A DNA stretch of 32,206 nt from Piromyces finnis finn (GCA_002104945.1 MCFH01000130.1:1-32206); one strand, 5' to 3'. Shown: positions 1 to 12,646, counted from the stretch's first letter. Numbers and translations: made by a program. The notes: a model not told the origin generated them from the sequence alone.

Positions 1-1141
1 TGTGTTCTGTCATAGCTTTGTTGTATATAATATGATCAATGCATGAAGATTTAGATCCTTTTTCCCAGGTAAAATTATTACCAGTTAACTCAGCCATAGT
101 CCAATCCGGGAAGTGTTGTGATATATAAGATTTGATTTTAATAGCTGACATATTAAAGTCTCCTACAAGGATAGCTGGGTGGTTGAATTTTGTTATGCGT
201 TGTTAACCACTTATCAAGTTCATCAAAGGCAATTAATCTAGCATCCGGCCATCTAGTTTGCGGGAAGTAAATATTACCAATGGTACATCTCTGGTTCCAA
301 AATGACAATATTGTAACTGAAATGATGTACTTATATAGAAGAGGTTCAGGAGTAAAGGAACAAGAATTATGAACACCAATGTAAAGTCCTCTCATACCTG
401 GAACTTTAGGATTAGCACGTCTGTGTACTGGTTTATAGTTCGGTAGGCATGGGGAGGAAATTGCATTACCACAGAGGAATTGGCTGTTACCTACTTCTTG
501 AAGACAGACACATACAGGTTTGAAAACAGAGATGAAGTATAAAACACCGTCCTTTTTCTCCGGGTTCCAACCATTGATGTTCCAACAAGTACATAAGTTG
601 AAAAAGGAAGCATTAGAGCTTAGATGACTAAAATAGAAATCGTCAGAGAGTGGACCAGTAGTAGATTTGATAGATCGTTTGTTTTTGTATGATCTATTGT
701 TTTTGAGCTTATCAATGAATTTCCAAGATATTTTACTAGAGATTGGGAGTTTTTCAGAAAGTGAGTGTATAAGTAACATGGCTTTAAGCGGACATTTTCC
801 ATTGACTTTAAGAATGAAATAGATACCGAGTGATTGTGAATATTTTTTGGTGAGGGATTGAAGAATATCATTGAAAGGTTGAATGTCCTTTAAAAGAAAT
901 TCCATTAGTCGTTGTTTTGACCATGAACTAAGATCATGGATAAAAATTAGATATGATTTATTGGAGTTAGATCCGAAGAAACGAAGACCACGTCGTAAGG
1001 TAGGTACAGTACAATTGGTATTGTTCATTTTGAAAGAACTTATTATGACAATAGATATTAATAGTTTGAAGTATTGATATAATGATATAAATAAGATAAT
1101 GAAATAAAATATATAGTAAAATAAAAATAATAATAGTAAAG
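1..1141 (-). mobile_element. Inverted partial copy of the 5' part of LINE-A (5' UTR, N-terminal domain, APE endonuclease)
   Basis: ORF 153..1028 has CWNINGW and CLQEV endonuclease motifs. GDFN and SCIDHII follow in other frames toward position 1. Confidence 0.92.
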
Positions 1142-1826
1142 ACGGATATATTATATAGCAAGTGGATTATTTGTCAAACAATATTTTAAATTTATAACTG
1201 GAAAAGTGGCTAAGTTGTTGACAAACTTAGTTCTAACTCTACTGAAGACTTTAAACGGGAAGATAAATTTTGAATATCTATCACTTTGGATTTCTGTATT
1301 ATAACTGTATTTTGAAAGCTCTTTATATTAATAAGAATTGTATAATTTATTGGATGATTATTGTATTGTGTTGATTCTGATTGTTGAAATTGAACATTCA
1401 TATAGGTTGTTTATGTTGTAAGGTAGAGAGATAATAAGAGTGAAAAGTTGTTATATAAAAAATAATGGAAAAAAGTTGAAGAATTTTGGGTAAACATAAT
1501 AAAATTTTTTTTTTTTTTAAAGATAAAATTGAAACAAGAGTAGTATTTACAATATAAAAATAGAATACTCGATTTTCCAGGATAGAAGCTTTGATAATAG
1601 AAATGTTAAAGAAAAAAGGTGTTAATACTTACCATAATAGTCCATAATAAACCTAATTAAGTTATACAGATATATAAATATACATATAATATAGTATAAG
1701 AAATATATATATATAGAAAAGAGATAGAAAAAGTATACAAAAGAATGTTAGTAGAAAAGAGATTCCTTGGAAAATCTAGAGTTACAAAAAAATAAGAAAT
1801 AAAAAAAGATATTACTAGAATCATAT
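1..1826 (-). repeat. Left arm of large inverted duplication (truncated by window start)
   Basis: Reverse complement of 1899-3722 (position 1 pairs with ~3722; ...ctagaatcatat at 1826 pairs with atatgattctag at 1899). Arms differ by scattered 1-2 bp indels and rare substitutions. Confidence 0.97.
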
Positions 1827-1898
1827 AAAATCATAAAGGAAAAATAAAAAAAGCCGCGCCCCTCGAAAATAATAAAAATAGAAAAAATAAAAGATTAA

Positions 1899-3722
1899 AT
1901 ATGATTCTAGTAATAATCTTTTTTTATTTCTTATTTTTTGTAACTCTAGATTTTCCAAGGAATCTCTTTTCTACTAACATTCTTTTGTATACTTTTTCTA
2001 TCTCTTTTCTATATATATATATTTCTTATACTTTATATTATATGTATATTTATATATCTGTATAACTTAATTAGGTTTATTATGGACTATTATGGTAAGT
2101 ATTAACACCTTTTTTCTTTAACATTTCTATTATCAAAGCTTCTATCCTGGAAAATCGAGTATTCTATTTTTATATTGTAAATACTACTCTTGTTTCAATT
2201 TTATCTTTAAAAAAAAAAAAAATTTTATTATGTTTACCCAAAATTCTTCAACTTTTTTCCATTATTTTTGATATAAACAACTTTTCACTCTTATTATCTC
2301 TCTACCTTACAACATAAACAACCTATATGAATGTTCAATTTCAACAATCAGAATCAACACAATACAATAATCATCCAATAAATTATACAATTCTTATAAT
2401 ATAAAGAGCTTTCAAAATACAGTTATAATACAGAAATCCAAAGTGATAGATATTCAAAATTTATCTTCCCGTTTAAAGTCTTCAGTAGAGTTAGAACTAA
2501 GTTTGTCAACAACTTAGCCACTTTTCCAGTTATAAATTTAAAATATTGTTTGACAAATAATCCACTTCTATATAATATATCCGTCTTTACTATTATTATT
2601 TTTATTTTACTATATATTTTATTTCATTATCTTATTTATATCATTATATCAATACTTCAAACTATTAATATCTATTGTCATAATAAGTTCTTTCAAAATG
2701 AACAATACCAATTGTACTGTACCTACCTTACGACGTGGTCTTCGTTTCTTCGGATCTAACTCCAATAAATCATATCTAATTTTTATCCATGATCTTAGTT
2801 CATGGTCAAAACAACGACTAATGGAATTTCTTTTAAAGGACATTCAACCTTTCAATGATATTCTTCAATCCCTCACCAAAAAAATTCACAATCACTCGGT
2901 ATCTATTTCATTCTTAAAGTCAATGGAAAATGTCCGCTTAAAGCCATGTTACTTATACACTCACTTTCTGAAAAACTCCCAATCTCTAGTAAAATATCTT
3001 GGAAATTCATTGATAAGCTCAAAAACAATAGATCATACAAAAACAAACGATCTATCAAATCTACTACTGGTCCACTCTCTGACGATTTCTATTTTAGTCA
3101 TCTAAGCTCTAATGCTTCCTTTTTCAACTTATGTACTTGTTGGAACATCAATGGTTGGAACCCGGAGAAAAAGGACGGTGTTTTATACTTCATCTCTGTT
3201 TTCAAACCTGTATGTGTCTGTCTTCAAGAAGTAGGTAACAGCCAATTCCTCTGTGGTAATGCAATTTCCTCCCCATGCCTACCGAACTATAAACCAGTAC
3301 ACAGACGTGCTAATCCTAAAGTTCCAGGTATGAGAGGACTTTACATTGGTGTTCATAATTCTTGTTCCTTTACTCCTGAACCTCTTCTATATAAGTACAT
3401 CATTTCAGTTACAATATTGTCATTTTGGAACCAGAGATGTACCATGGTAATATTTACTTCCCGCAAACTAGATGGCCGGATGCTAGATTAATTGCCTTTG
3501 ATGAACTTGATAAGTGGTTAACAACGCATAACAAATTCAACCACCCAGCTATCCTTGTAGGAGACTTTAATATGTCAGCTATTAAAATCAAATCTTATAT
3601 ATCACAACACTTCCCGGATTGGACTATGGCTGAGTTAACTGGTAATAATTTTACCTGGGAAAAAGGATCTAAATCTTCATGCATTGATCATATTATATAC
3701 AACAAAGCTATGACAGAACACA
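1899..3722 (+). repeat. Right arm of large inverted duplication
   Basis: Mirror of 1-1826; the ORF track shows identical peptides on opposite strands (883..1077+ and 2649..2843-; 153..1028- and 2698../2946..+). Confidence 0.97.
2327..2584 (+). pseudogene. Probable 5' coding remnant of LINE-B, left of the LINE-A insertion
   Basis: Q/N-rich short frame (MNVQFQQSES...). The segment ending ..C-Y-I-I-Y joins to I-R-G-I-R-S-W at 7079, matching Y-L-I-F-I-H-D-L-S-S-W of LINE-A; the join needs a frameshift. Confidence 0.45.
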
Positions 3723-6700
3723 TAAACAAATCTTCAGTTTGTGAAGTTTTCCACGATGTTTCTGATCACAAACCGATCCCTTGTGTCTTGTAAAAAAGAC
3801 TCTTCGGATGATTTCAAAAAGCCTAAGAAGACCTTTAAGTGGTCAAGTCATATCTGTAACACAAAGTGTTCTGACATTCTTACTAGTAATCGCTTTGCTG
3901 TTCTAGCTTCCGAGCTTGAAGCTAATTGCGATAGCCTTTCGGCTGACGATATGGTTTCAAGATTTTTAGATACTTCCAAAACTATAGGTAAAGAAATAAA
4001 AGCCATTGTGCCTGCAGATTTAAAAGGTCCAGCATTCCATTGCCCTCAATACATCAAAAACTTATCACATGAAAAACACCTGGCTTACAAAAATATTAAG
4101 CCCCTTTCAGATTGCGCTGACATGGAAAATTATCTTAACCAGTTCTCCATATACCAAAATCTATGTAATACCATCAAAAAGGTTAAGAGCAAATTCAGAT
4201 CCAATCTCTATAAAGCTAATATTGTTTCTATCGGTAAACATTTTATTGATAAAAGCTTTAGACAAGGTTGGAAAGGCCTTAAAAAACTTGCCAAACCAAG
4301 TTATTCGTCCTCCCATGTTTCAACTATTAAGGACAAGAATGGCAAGGATTTATTTACTCCTCAAGAACAATTAAAACGTTGGGCTGAACATTATGAAAAT
4401 CTTGCATCTGATGTTACAAATCACAGCTTAAATCGTGGTTACTGGGAAAGAGCCTTCCAATTCAACCATATCAATCAAATAGCATGGGATATAAATGGTC
4501 CCATTTCTATTGAGGAAATTAGAAATGTTGTTCTGTCAATGAAGAATAACAAGGCTCCAGGTCCCGATGGTATCCCAATTGAATTTTTCAAAGCTTTCTT
4601 TTGTAACGAAGAACTGGAGAAAGAACATAAGTCTGCTGGAAATTGTCTTAAATTAATTTTTAATAAAATCTGGAATGGTTCCTTTCCTTTGAAATGGAAC
4701 TCTGCTTCCATTGTTTCTATTCCAAAAAAGGCGATCTTTCAGACTGTAATAATTATCGTGGTATTTCTCTCATCAATGTAGGTCTTAAAATTATTTCAAA
4801 AATTGTAACTAATAGAATTTCAAAGTATGCTCTTTCTCATAATTTTATAAGACCTGAGCAATTTGGTTTTCGCAATAAAGAAGAATGTATTAGCTTATTT
4901 ATTTCCATTAGAGAAATCTGTCAAAGAAGGAAATTTAAAGGAAAAGCCACTTATGTCGCCTTTCTAGACCTTAAAAAAGCATACGACTCAGTTCCTATTT
5001 TTAATATCCTTACAAAGTTATATAAATTAGGTATACGTGGTAAATGTTTTGATTTTCTCAATAATCTCTACTCTACCTCTAAAGTTCGTGCACGTTTCTT
5101 GGATATGCTTTCCAATGAATTCCCTGTAAACCGTGGTGTAAGACAAGGATGTCCTCTTTCTCCTATACTGTTTAACCTCTTTATCAATGATATTTTAAAT
5201 AAATGTGAAAGGCTTGGAGTTAGCTTAGGTAATAAACGTTGTTGTGGTGGCCTTTTCGCTGATGACATTGTTTTGATTGCTCCTAGTAAGAAGAACCTTC
5301 AAAAGATGCTCAATCTAGTCCTTGATTGGGCTAATTTAAATGAAATGTCTTTTGGAATAAATAAATGTGCAACTATTGTTGTTAAACCTATCAACTTTAA
5401 TAGATCCCCTAGTTATGTCGACCCAACATTTTACATCGGTATGTACTCGATTCCAAAGGTTTCTTGCTATACTTATCTTGGAATCCCATTCGACGAAGAT
5501 CTTTCTTTGACTCCTATTCTGTCTAATATGTACAAAAAAGTTCAGAAATCTTTATTCTCTTTTAAGAACTTCCTCACCAACAATTGTGTTCCTATTGGCT
5601 TAAAAAACATAGTAATTCATTCTTATATTTTAAGCAAAGTCTCTTATTATGCTCCTTTGCTTGGTTCCAACAAAAATAGAACTAGAAGAGTCCAATCTCT
5701 TATCAATACTGCTGTTTTATGGAGTGTCAATAGCTTTCACAATAAAAGTTTTAATAACAAAGATTTTGTTTTTGAACGAAATTCATTTATTAGTCTGTAT
5801 GCTCTTACAAGAGATATGAAGATCCCTACCCTTTCAGGTATTTGTGCTGCGCAACAAGTGAAATGCTTTGTTAAATGGAGAAAATCAAATTGTATAATTA
5901 AAGACCTCGTCCGATCTATTCCTCCCATGTCTCATTACTCTTGGGCCAAAGAATCTTGTTCACTACATAAGAAGCTTATGAAAATAAATATTAAAAGTAC
6001 TAAAGATATTAGAGAATATTATTGGAATAATAGTAGCCTAAATAATGGAAGTAAAGCCCTCAGATATACTAACAACAAATTCCTTAATTCAAATCGCCTA
6101 ATGCATATCGGTCTCAACAAACCTCACTTAAATTTAGGAATTACCTGGATTATTCGTATTCGATGCGGTTATGAAAATACTACCCGAATTGCTATTGCCA
6201 GTAATAGAGTTACTCCTGACTGCCCTCGTGTCTGTCCATGTTGCGGATATGACGAACAATCTTTTTACCATTGGATATTAGAATGTTCTGCATTCTCTGA
6301 ATACAGAGCTTCTTCACTTAGCTTTCTTGACGATCTTTTTACCCTTTTTTACAATAAATATAAGAATCAATTCATCACATACTTACTCCCCGAAACGGAA
6401 GTAAGAAAAATAATTTATAACTATATTTTTACGTTCCTTCTTGGTGGAACTTTAGCTTATGATGAGCTACAAATCGATAAGGCGGAACAAAGACATTTGA
6501 ATGAACAGCTTTACAGTTCATCGGGGTCTCATGTTCCATATGTAGAGGGTCTCGCGGCTTTTCTTACTAAAACAATCCCTATCATTAGTAGCTCTATGAA
6601 GCTACTTTTTGATAGGTTTAGTAAGACACCTAACGTAATCAAGAGCGCCGACGTCGTACCGATATGGCAAAGGAACATTTCCAATGTTCCGTACACAGGG

Positions 6701-7045
6701 TTCAATGTTAGTATTTCCTCAAATTCGAATGAAAACATTATGAACTCATGGGAGAGTTTAGTGGACACCACACTATCATACCTGATGTTACTTCTTTTTT
6801 TTATTTCATTTAATTTATTAGGTAGGGACCAATCCCACACAGTACAAATTGCAGAGTTCATTGAACTTTTATGCAACTTAAATAATTATTTTATATTTTT
6901 TTATATTTATATTTTTATTTATATATATTTTATTATTTTTATTTATTATTTATTATATCATTATCAATATGTATTATCACCTAATATTATGTAATATCAC
7001 TAATTAAGTAAGTAAATAAATAAAAGATGTGTATTCTCTTCCTAG

Positions 7046-7079
<34 letters not shown>
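2585..7079 (+). mobile_element. Non-LTR retrotransposon LINE-A (APE-type), apparently full length
   Basis: EN-RT-CCHC coding region, A31 tail at 7049-7079, candidate TSD ATCCGT at 2579-2584 and 7079-7084 (which sets the 5' boundary). Confidence 0.9.
2698..6994 (+). CDS. LINE-A polyprotein (N-terminal domain, APE endonuclease, reverse transcriptase, C-terminal Zn finger), broken by 4 single-base indels; ~1432 aa if corrected
   Basis: Motifs WNING, CLQE, GNIY, GDFN, CIDHII, SDHKP; KAPGPDGIP, YRGISL, QFGFR, FLDLKKAYDSV, GVRQGCPLSP, FADD, YLG; CPCC..H..LEC. Frame offsets between ORFs 2698/2946/3425/3741/4694 are +1,+1,-1,+1 at ~2884, ~3448, ~3780, ~4729. Confidence 0.92.
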
Positions 7080-7082
<3 letters not shown>

Positions 7083-8790
7083 GTGGTATTCGATCATGGT
7101 CAGTAAATATGCTATGGGAAAAACTCGAGGTTATTCTAGAAGATAAATTTAATTCAGTTATTAGTGTTAAATATTTTCAAACTTTCAATGATCACTTTTT
7201 CTTAGTCAAGGTTCATGGTTCATCAAAGATTGTATTAAAATCTTACACATGTTAAAGAAGAAACTTTCAGTTACCTCAATTTCCTTTTCAGCTCGTAGTA
7301 GAAGGAATCACAAATACACTTTTTCCACTCTCAAACGTAAAATTTTAGTTTCTAATAAACATCAACATTCTATTCAACAATCATTTCAACAATCAGTTCA
7401 ACAATCACATCAACAATCCGATCTTCAACAAGATCTTCAACAAGATCTTCAACAAGTTTCCCATCATGAAAATATTCCAGATCTACAGCAAACACAATTT
7501 CAATCTCAACATTCAACAATTAATTCTAATAGTTCTATCAACTCTGATAACAGTTCAATAGTTGATAGTTCTTCAGTTTCACAGCCATCTAGTAATAGTT
7601 CTACTTATTCCTCTGATGCATCATCCATTAATAATGATGACTTTAATAATAGTAATAATAGCAACGATTCTTCCTCATCCAACAAGCCTGATAACTTTTC
7701 TTTTTGTCTTAGTTGGAACACCAATGGGTGGAATCACGAAAAGAGAGATAATATTAGCTATTTCACAGCTATTTTCAAACCATTATTTTTATGTTTCCAA
7801 GAAACTGGTAATGGTTCTAGATCGAATACAGATTATCCTTGTCGTGTTACTTTGCGAAACTATAGACACCTTTTCAAGAAAGCTGAAGAATTATTGATTG
7901 GCATGAGAGGTTTATATTTAGGTATTCACAATTCGTGCCAAGCCTCACTTTAAAACCACTCATGTAAGTATAATATTTCTATTTATATTTTTAGTCTTTG
8001 GAATATATTCAGACACTCGATTGGAAATATTTATATGCTTCATAGTCATCACAATATTTATGTTGATTAAGCAAAGTTAGAAGTTCGCTTGTGGTTACAA
8101 TTTCACCCATCCTATCCATCGATTCTTGTTAGTGATTTTAATATGTCTAAAATAAAATTATTCAACTGGTTATCATCTAATGGATTAGGAGATTTGAAGT
8201 TCTTCCATTTGAAGATTCTTCTATCTTTTGGATGAGAGGTGATCAATCTTCCGACATTAACCATGCTCTTATCAATTCGAAGATGAAAGATCTTATTCAC
8301 TCAGGATCATTTATAAATAATTTTTATCCTGTATCAGACCATAAGCCACTTCTTATTAATGGTAAAATTATTCCTATGGAAGATTTTTCTAATGACTTTA
8401 ATGTTCTTAAGAAAATTCTGAAATGGAATAGATTAAAATGTATTGAGGAAAAGAAATCTCTTCTTAGTCATAATAAATTCCAAATTCTTTCATCAAAACT
8501 CAATGATTCTAATGTTTCTACAGATGAACTTTCCAAAGAGTTTACTTCAACCGCTTTTTCAATTGCAGACGAGCTCAGTATTACTTCAGTAAATAATGTT
8601 ATATAAAATCTTTATTTCATATTTCACATCAAATTTTTAATCATCAGAAAATCAAAATGAAATTGTAAAGAATATTTAAAAAAGAAAGAGTTTATTGTAT
8701 AGAGAATTTATTAAAAGGATTAAAAGTTACTATAAGTTCATTAATTACATTCACAAAAAATGTATAAAGATATAAAATATATCTTTAAAT
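7080..8790 (+). pseudogene. Degenerate LINE-B (N-terminal domain and APE endonuclease, truncated before RT)
   Basis: IRGIRSWSVNML..FFLVKVHG is homologous to the LINE-A N-terminus. Motifs WNTNGW, CFQETG, GMRGLYLGIHNSC, ILVSDFN, SDHKPLL, HNKFQILS are present, with in-frame stops and frameshifts. 3' boundary approximate. Confidence 0.88.
7375..7460 (+). repeat. 12-bp-period tandem repeat (CAACAATCAnnT / CAACAAGATCTT) encoding a QQS/QQD-rich linker
   Basis: caacaatcatttcaacaatcagttcaacaatcacatcaacaatccgatcttcaacaagatcttcaacaagatcttcaacaag. Confidence 0.85.
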
Positions 8791-8839
8791 CATTAATAAT
8801 TAATTAATAATTATTAAATAATAATTCTGATATTTTAAT

Positions 8840-9260
8840 TGATACGGGTTAATTTTATGTAGAAAGAATTAAACTTTAATTAATATATATATTTTATTAA
8901 TAATTTTATTTATAACGTTCCAATATTTCTATTCTGTCTAAATACTAAAACGTTCTGTCGTTGTCAAATATTAAAATTCTAACTAAAACAAGAAGCCCTT
9001 TTTAATAATATTTATTCTAGTCTATTTATACTAATGAGGCTTACTTAATAATTAATTGTCCAATTATAAGGCTGGAACTATATGGATCATTCATTTACAA
9101 TACTCTTTTACATTACATGATTTTACATTTGTCGTACATTTACATTATATTCTTATACATTGTAGAAATAATTAATATTATAATAAATCTATATAAATTT
9201 AATATTAGGAAAAATTACTAATATAATAATATGTTCAAGTCACATATTATTTTTATATCA
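8840..9260 (-). repeat. Gypsy-1 3' LTR
   Basis: TGATA...TATCA termini; identical by eye to 22605-23025. Confidence 0.96.
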
Positions 9261-9274
9261 AAAATCCCCTCGCT
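9261..9274 (-). other. Candidate polypurine tract of Gypsy-1
   Basis: AGCGAGGGGA then TTTT directly before the 3' LTR on the minus strand. Confidence 0.55.
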
Positions 9275-9422
9275 ATAGGAGAGCGAAGTATAATTTAAGA
9301 TACAAAATTTTTACTGAGCGTATCTGGTTATAATATTAATTTTTCTGGTTATAAAACTAAATTTCTAAAATTAAAAAAAATTGAAAAAAATTGAAAAAAA
9401 AATTGAAAAAAAAATACTAATA

Positions 9423-9461
<39 letters not shown>

Positions 9462-9769
9462 ATTATTATGATTAGTTATATATACTAATTACTAATTAAA
9501 CTAATTATTATTGTTATTATTATTATTATTTACTATTATTATAATTATTATTTATTATTATTCTCAATAATCTACGGTAGGCTACTCGAGGTTTAGCAAG
9601 GTCGAACAGGAGTTAATCGACTTTTCGAAATTTGAAATCCCTTTTTGACTTTTTCAATTTCAATTTCGAAATTTCAAATTAATTATTTTTTTTTTTTTTT
9701 TTATATATATATATGTTTAAACATATCTAATTTGTAAAATATCATAAATTTTAAATAAAGTGTCGTCTC

Positions 9770-11925
9770 TCATAACGAAATATTTTCTTTATAAGGGAGG
9801 ATATTCTTCATATGTGTATACCTGGTTAGTTCTTGTCCCGTATTGTAGTCCTTGAGCTTGACTGTATTCCAGGCGATATCTAAGATTTGATAAGGTCCTT
9901 TAAAATATGGGTCCAATTTTGTTCTGTTGAAATTCCTTAATTTGACTAGATCGCCTATTTTGTATTCTTCCTTATGATCCATGCTTATTTTACTTTGTCT
10001 TCTAGCTTCCCAATACTTTAGAGTACCTAGCATTTTTGAAGCCGCCTTCCTTATCCATTTAGCGTGATCCACGAACCTTTCCATTATAATTTCTTCTGTG
10101 GATCTTCCTAAAGTTTCTTGATATGTTTCCATTAGCACTAAATCTATTGGGCGTGCATCCTTTCTTCCATATACAAGTTCAAAACTAGAGAATCCAGTTG
10201 TAGTAGATATACTGGTCCTTAACGCCCATAGAGCTACTGGTAAGTATTTGTCCCAGTCTTCATTGTTCTCTACTAAGAATCGTAGCTGTTTCCCAATTTC
10301 CCGATTCTTATTTTCCACTAGACCATTCGACTCTGGGTGATAGGTGGATACGAAGTGTACATAAGTATCATATAAATCTAAAAATATTTTTGTATAGTCG
10401 GAAGTAAATTGTACACCATTATCCATTAAGACCAATTGTGGGACTCCGTGGCGACTAAATACTTCGGTTAGGAATTCCGCTACATCTTCTGAGGTGGTCG
10501 TTGACAACGCCTTCGCCTCAGGCCATTTTGTAAAATAGTCCACAGCTACAATAATATATTTGTTATCTTGCACAGTAGTCTTTAACGGGCCTATTATGTC
10601 CACGGCTATTCTGACAAACGGTGCTTCGACTGGTGATGCAAATCTCTCGGTTCTTTCAGGTAGAGGTTGGGACTTCCGTAACTGACAGATTTTACACGTA
10701 GAAATATAGGTTTTTATATCTAAAACCATGTTCTTCCAATAATACTTATCCTTGATCCTTTGGTAAGTTTTCTGCAGTCCTTCATGTGCGATTTTATGGT
10801 TTTTCGCGATGACCTGGATCTTTTCCAAGGGTTCGTCAACAATCTTTCTTAAGTTATCATTATCCCTGAAATATAACAGATTATTTATTCTTATTACTCT
10901 TTCTTTTAGAAAGTTTTTCATAACCTCTGAGATATATTTATCATTTTCCTCGTTTTCTTCTTCTGACATTAATTCAGGCATCTTAGTAGGTTCTTCTACA
11001 ACTTGTTTTCTCTGTTTCCGAGCTAATAAAGATTCTTCTTCATCACTTTCGCTTTCATTATTTTCTGACTCAAGGTTGGTATCATTTAGTGTGCTAACTA
11101 TTGCATTTGCGTTCGCTTCCTGACTGTTATCCTCTTTTAATGACATCCGGGATAATGCGTCAGCTAAAATATTCGCTTTTCCAGGTTGATATCTTACTTC
11201 TACCATGTTTTGGCTAAAGTCATTAACCCAGCGAGCGTGTTTTGAAGTTTGAGGTTCATTTTTATTAATGATAGCAACTAGCGGAAGGTGGTCCGTATAT
11301 AAAATAGTTTTATACGGATTTCCTAGGACATAATGACGAAATTCCATCAGGCAATAATGAGCAGCGGTACCTTCCAGTTCAGTAATAGGGTAGTTTAATT
11401 CAGCTTTCTTTAGTGCACGACTAGCATACTTTATAGGATGCTCTACCCCGTCCTCCAAAAGTTGCAATAATACGCCGCCAATACCACTGAAACTGGCGTC
11501 CGAGCGGATAATGAAAGGAATATCATAACGAGGAAAACACAGAATAGGGGAAGAGGCCAAATATTCTTTAGCAGCAACGAACGACGAATTGCACTCAGAA
11601 TCCCAAATAAACTTGGCGTCTTTTCTAAGGAGTTTATTTAAGGGGGCAGTAATAGAAGCAAAGTGATCAATAAATTCCCTATAATAACCAACCATTCCAA
11701 GAAAAGAACGAATTTCAGTAACAGATTTAGGAGGATCTAGTTTGAGTATATTATCGACCTTAGATTTAATAGGAAGAAGACCATTAATAGAAACAACATG
11801 ACCCAACACTTCAACTTCCTGTAAACAGAAGTGACACTTCTCAATGTTGACCTTTAAACCATTATCGCGAAGGATCTGGAAAACCTTTTTGATATCACGA
11901 AGGTGTTGTGAGTAAGAAGGAGAAT
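9770..11925 (-). CDS. pol: Gypsy-1 pol, 3' part (end of RT, RNase H, integrase with GPY/F-like motif)
   Basis: SPSYSQHLRD..KC.F...LGHVVS; FLGMVGYYR; SDASFSGIGGVL; YTDHLPL; H..AHEG..C..C zinc finger; VDIIGP, DNG, E.KN catalytic core; FKGPYQI. The frame extends to the insertion site at 11925. Confidence 0.95.
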
Positions 11926-11936
11926 TGTAATGAATA

Positions 11937-12646
11937 TGTTACGGTTCGAGGAATTTACTTTTATTTATAAAATATTAATAAATTTATTAATACTCAAAAA
12001 TAATATTAAAATGAAATAAGAAAAATTGTTTTATTAATAAAATTGTTTTATTAAGATATTAATATAAAATTATAAAATAAAATAAAAATAAAAATAAAAA
12101 TATCTGTATATTCTCTAATTCTTATAATATACACCTTTTTATACTTTTTGTAAAAAATTAAGTAGTGTTAATTAAAAGAATTAGTCTTTAATTATTTACA
12201 TAATTTTAGTATTTAAATTACTTTTAAATGAATAATAAAATTACATTACTATTATAATAAATATTTATACATATTATTAAATTGATTAACATACATTAAA
12301 AGTTTACTTTAAATATATTTAACTAAAAAATTTTACTATTTTACAGAAATATTATTCATAATTTTAATTAATAAAAATTCATTAACTTGATAAATTAAAC
12401 TAAAAGTTCAATAAACTATAATTTTCAATATATTATTATTACTAAATTAATTTTTAAGTTTAATAAAATAAAATTTAAGTTCAATAAAAAATAATTATTA
12501 ATAATTTTAAATATAATTTAAGTGTATACATTAATTTACAAATAAGAATATTGTAAAGTTTTCATACATTTAGGAACAATAATGAATGGATTAGGTCATA
12601 ATCATTAATTATGACAAGAATAACATTATTTGTTGGTTCCTTAACA
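11937..12646. mobile_element. 710-bp insertion, probable solo LTR of a third family
   Basis: TGTTA...TAACA termini, 4-bp TSD AATA (11933-11936, 12647-12650), non-coding. Confidence 0.85.

Noticed and set aside
1827-1898. PacBio SMRTbell adapter as the cause of the palindrome
   Set aside because: The spacer does not resemble the adapter (ATCTCTCTC...GAGAGAGAT). Other fold-back artefacts remain possible.
1-2584. LINE 5' inversion by twin priming as the cause of the palindrome
   Set aside because: Twin priming inverts without duplicating, and here flanking non-LINE-A DNA is duplicated too.
620-2843. Short ORFs 620..871, 883..1077, 967..1161, 2550..2759, 2649..2843
   Set aside because: Alternate-frame or antisense shadows of the LINE 5' region and low-complexity UTR; no motifs.
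9261-9769. env-like third ORF in Gypsy-1
   Set aside because: Only ~500 nt of low-complexity non-coding sequence lie between integrase and the LTR.
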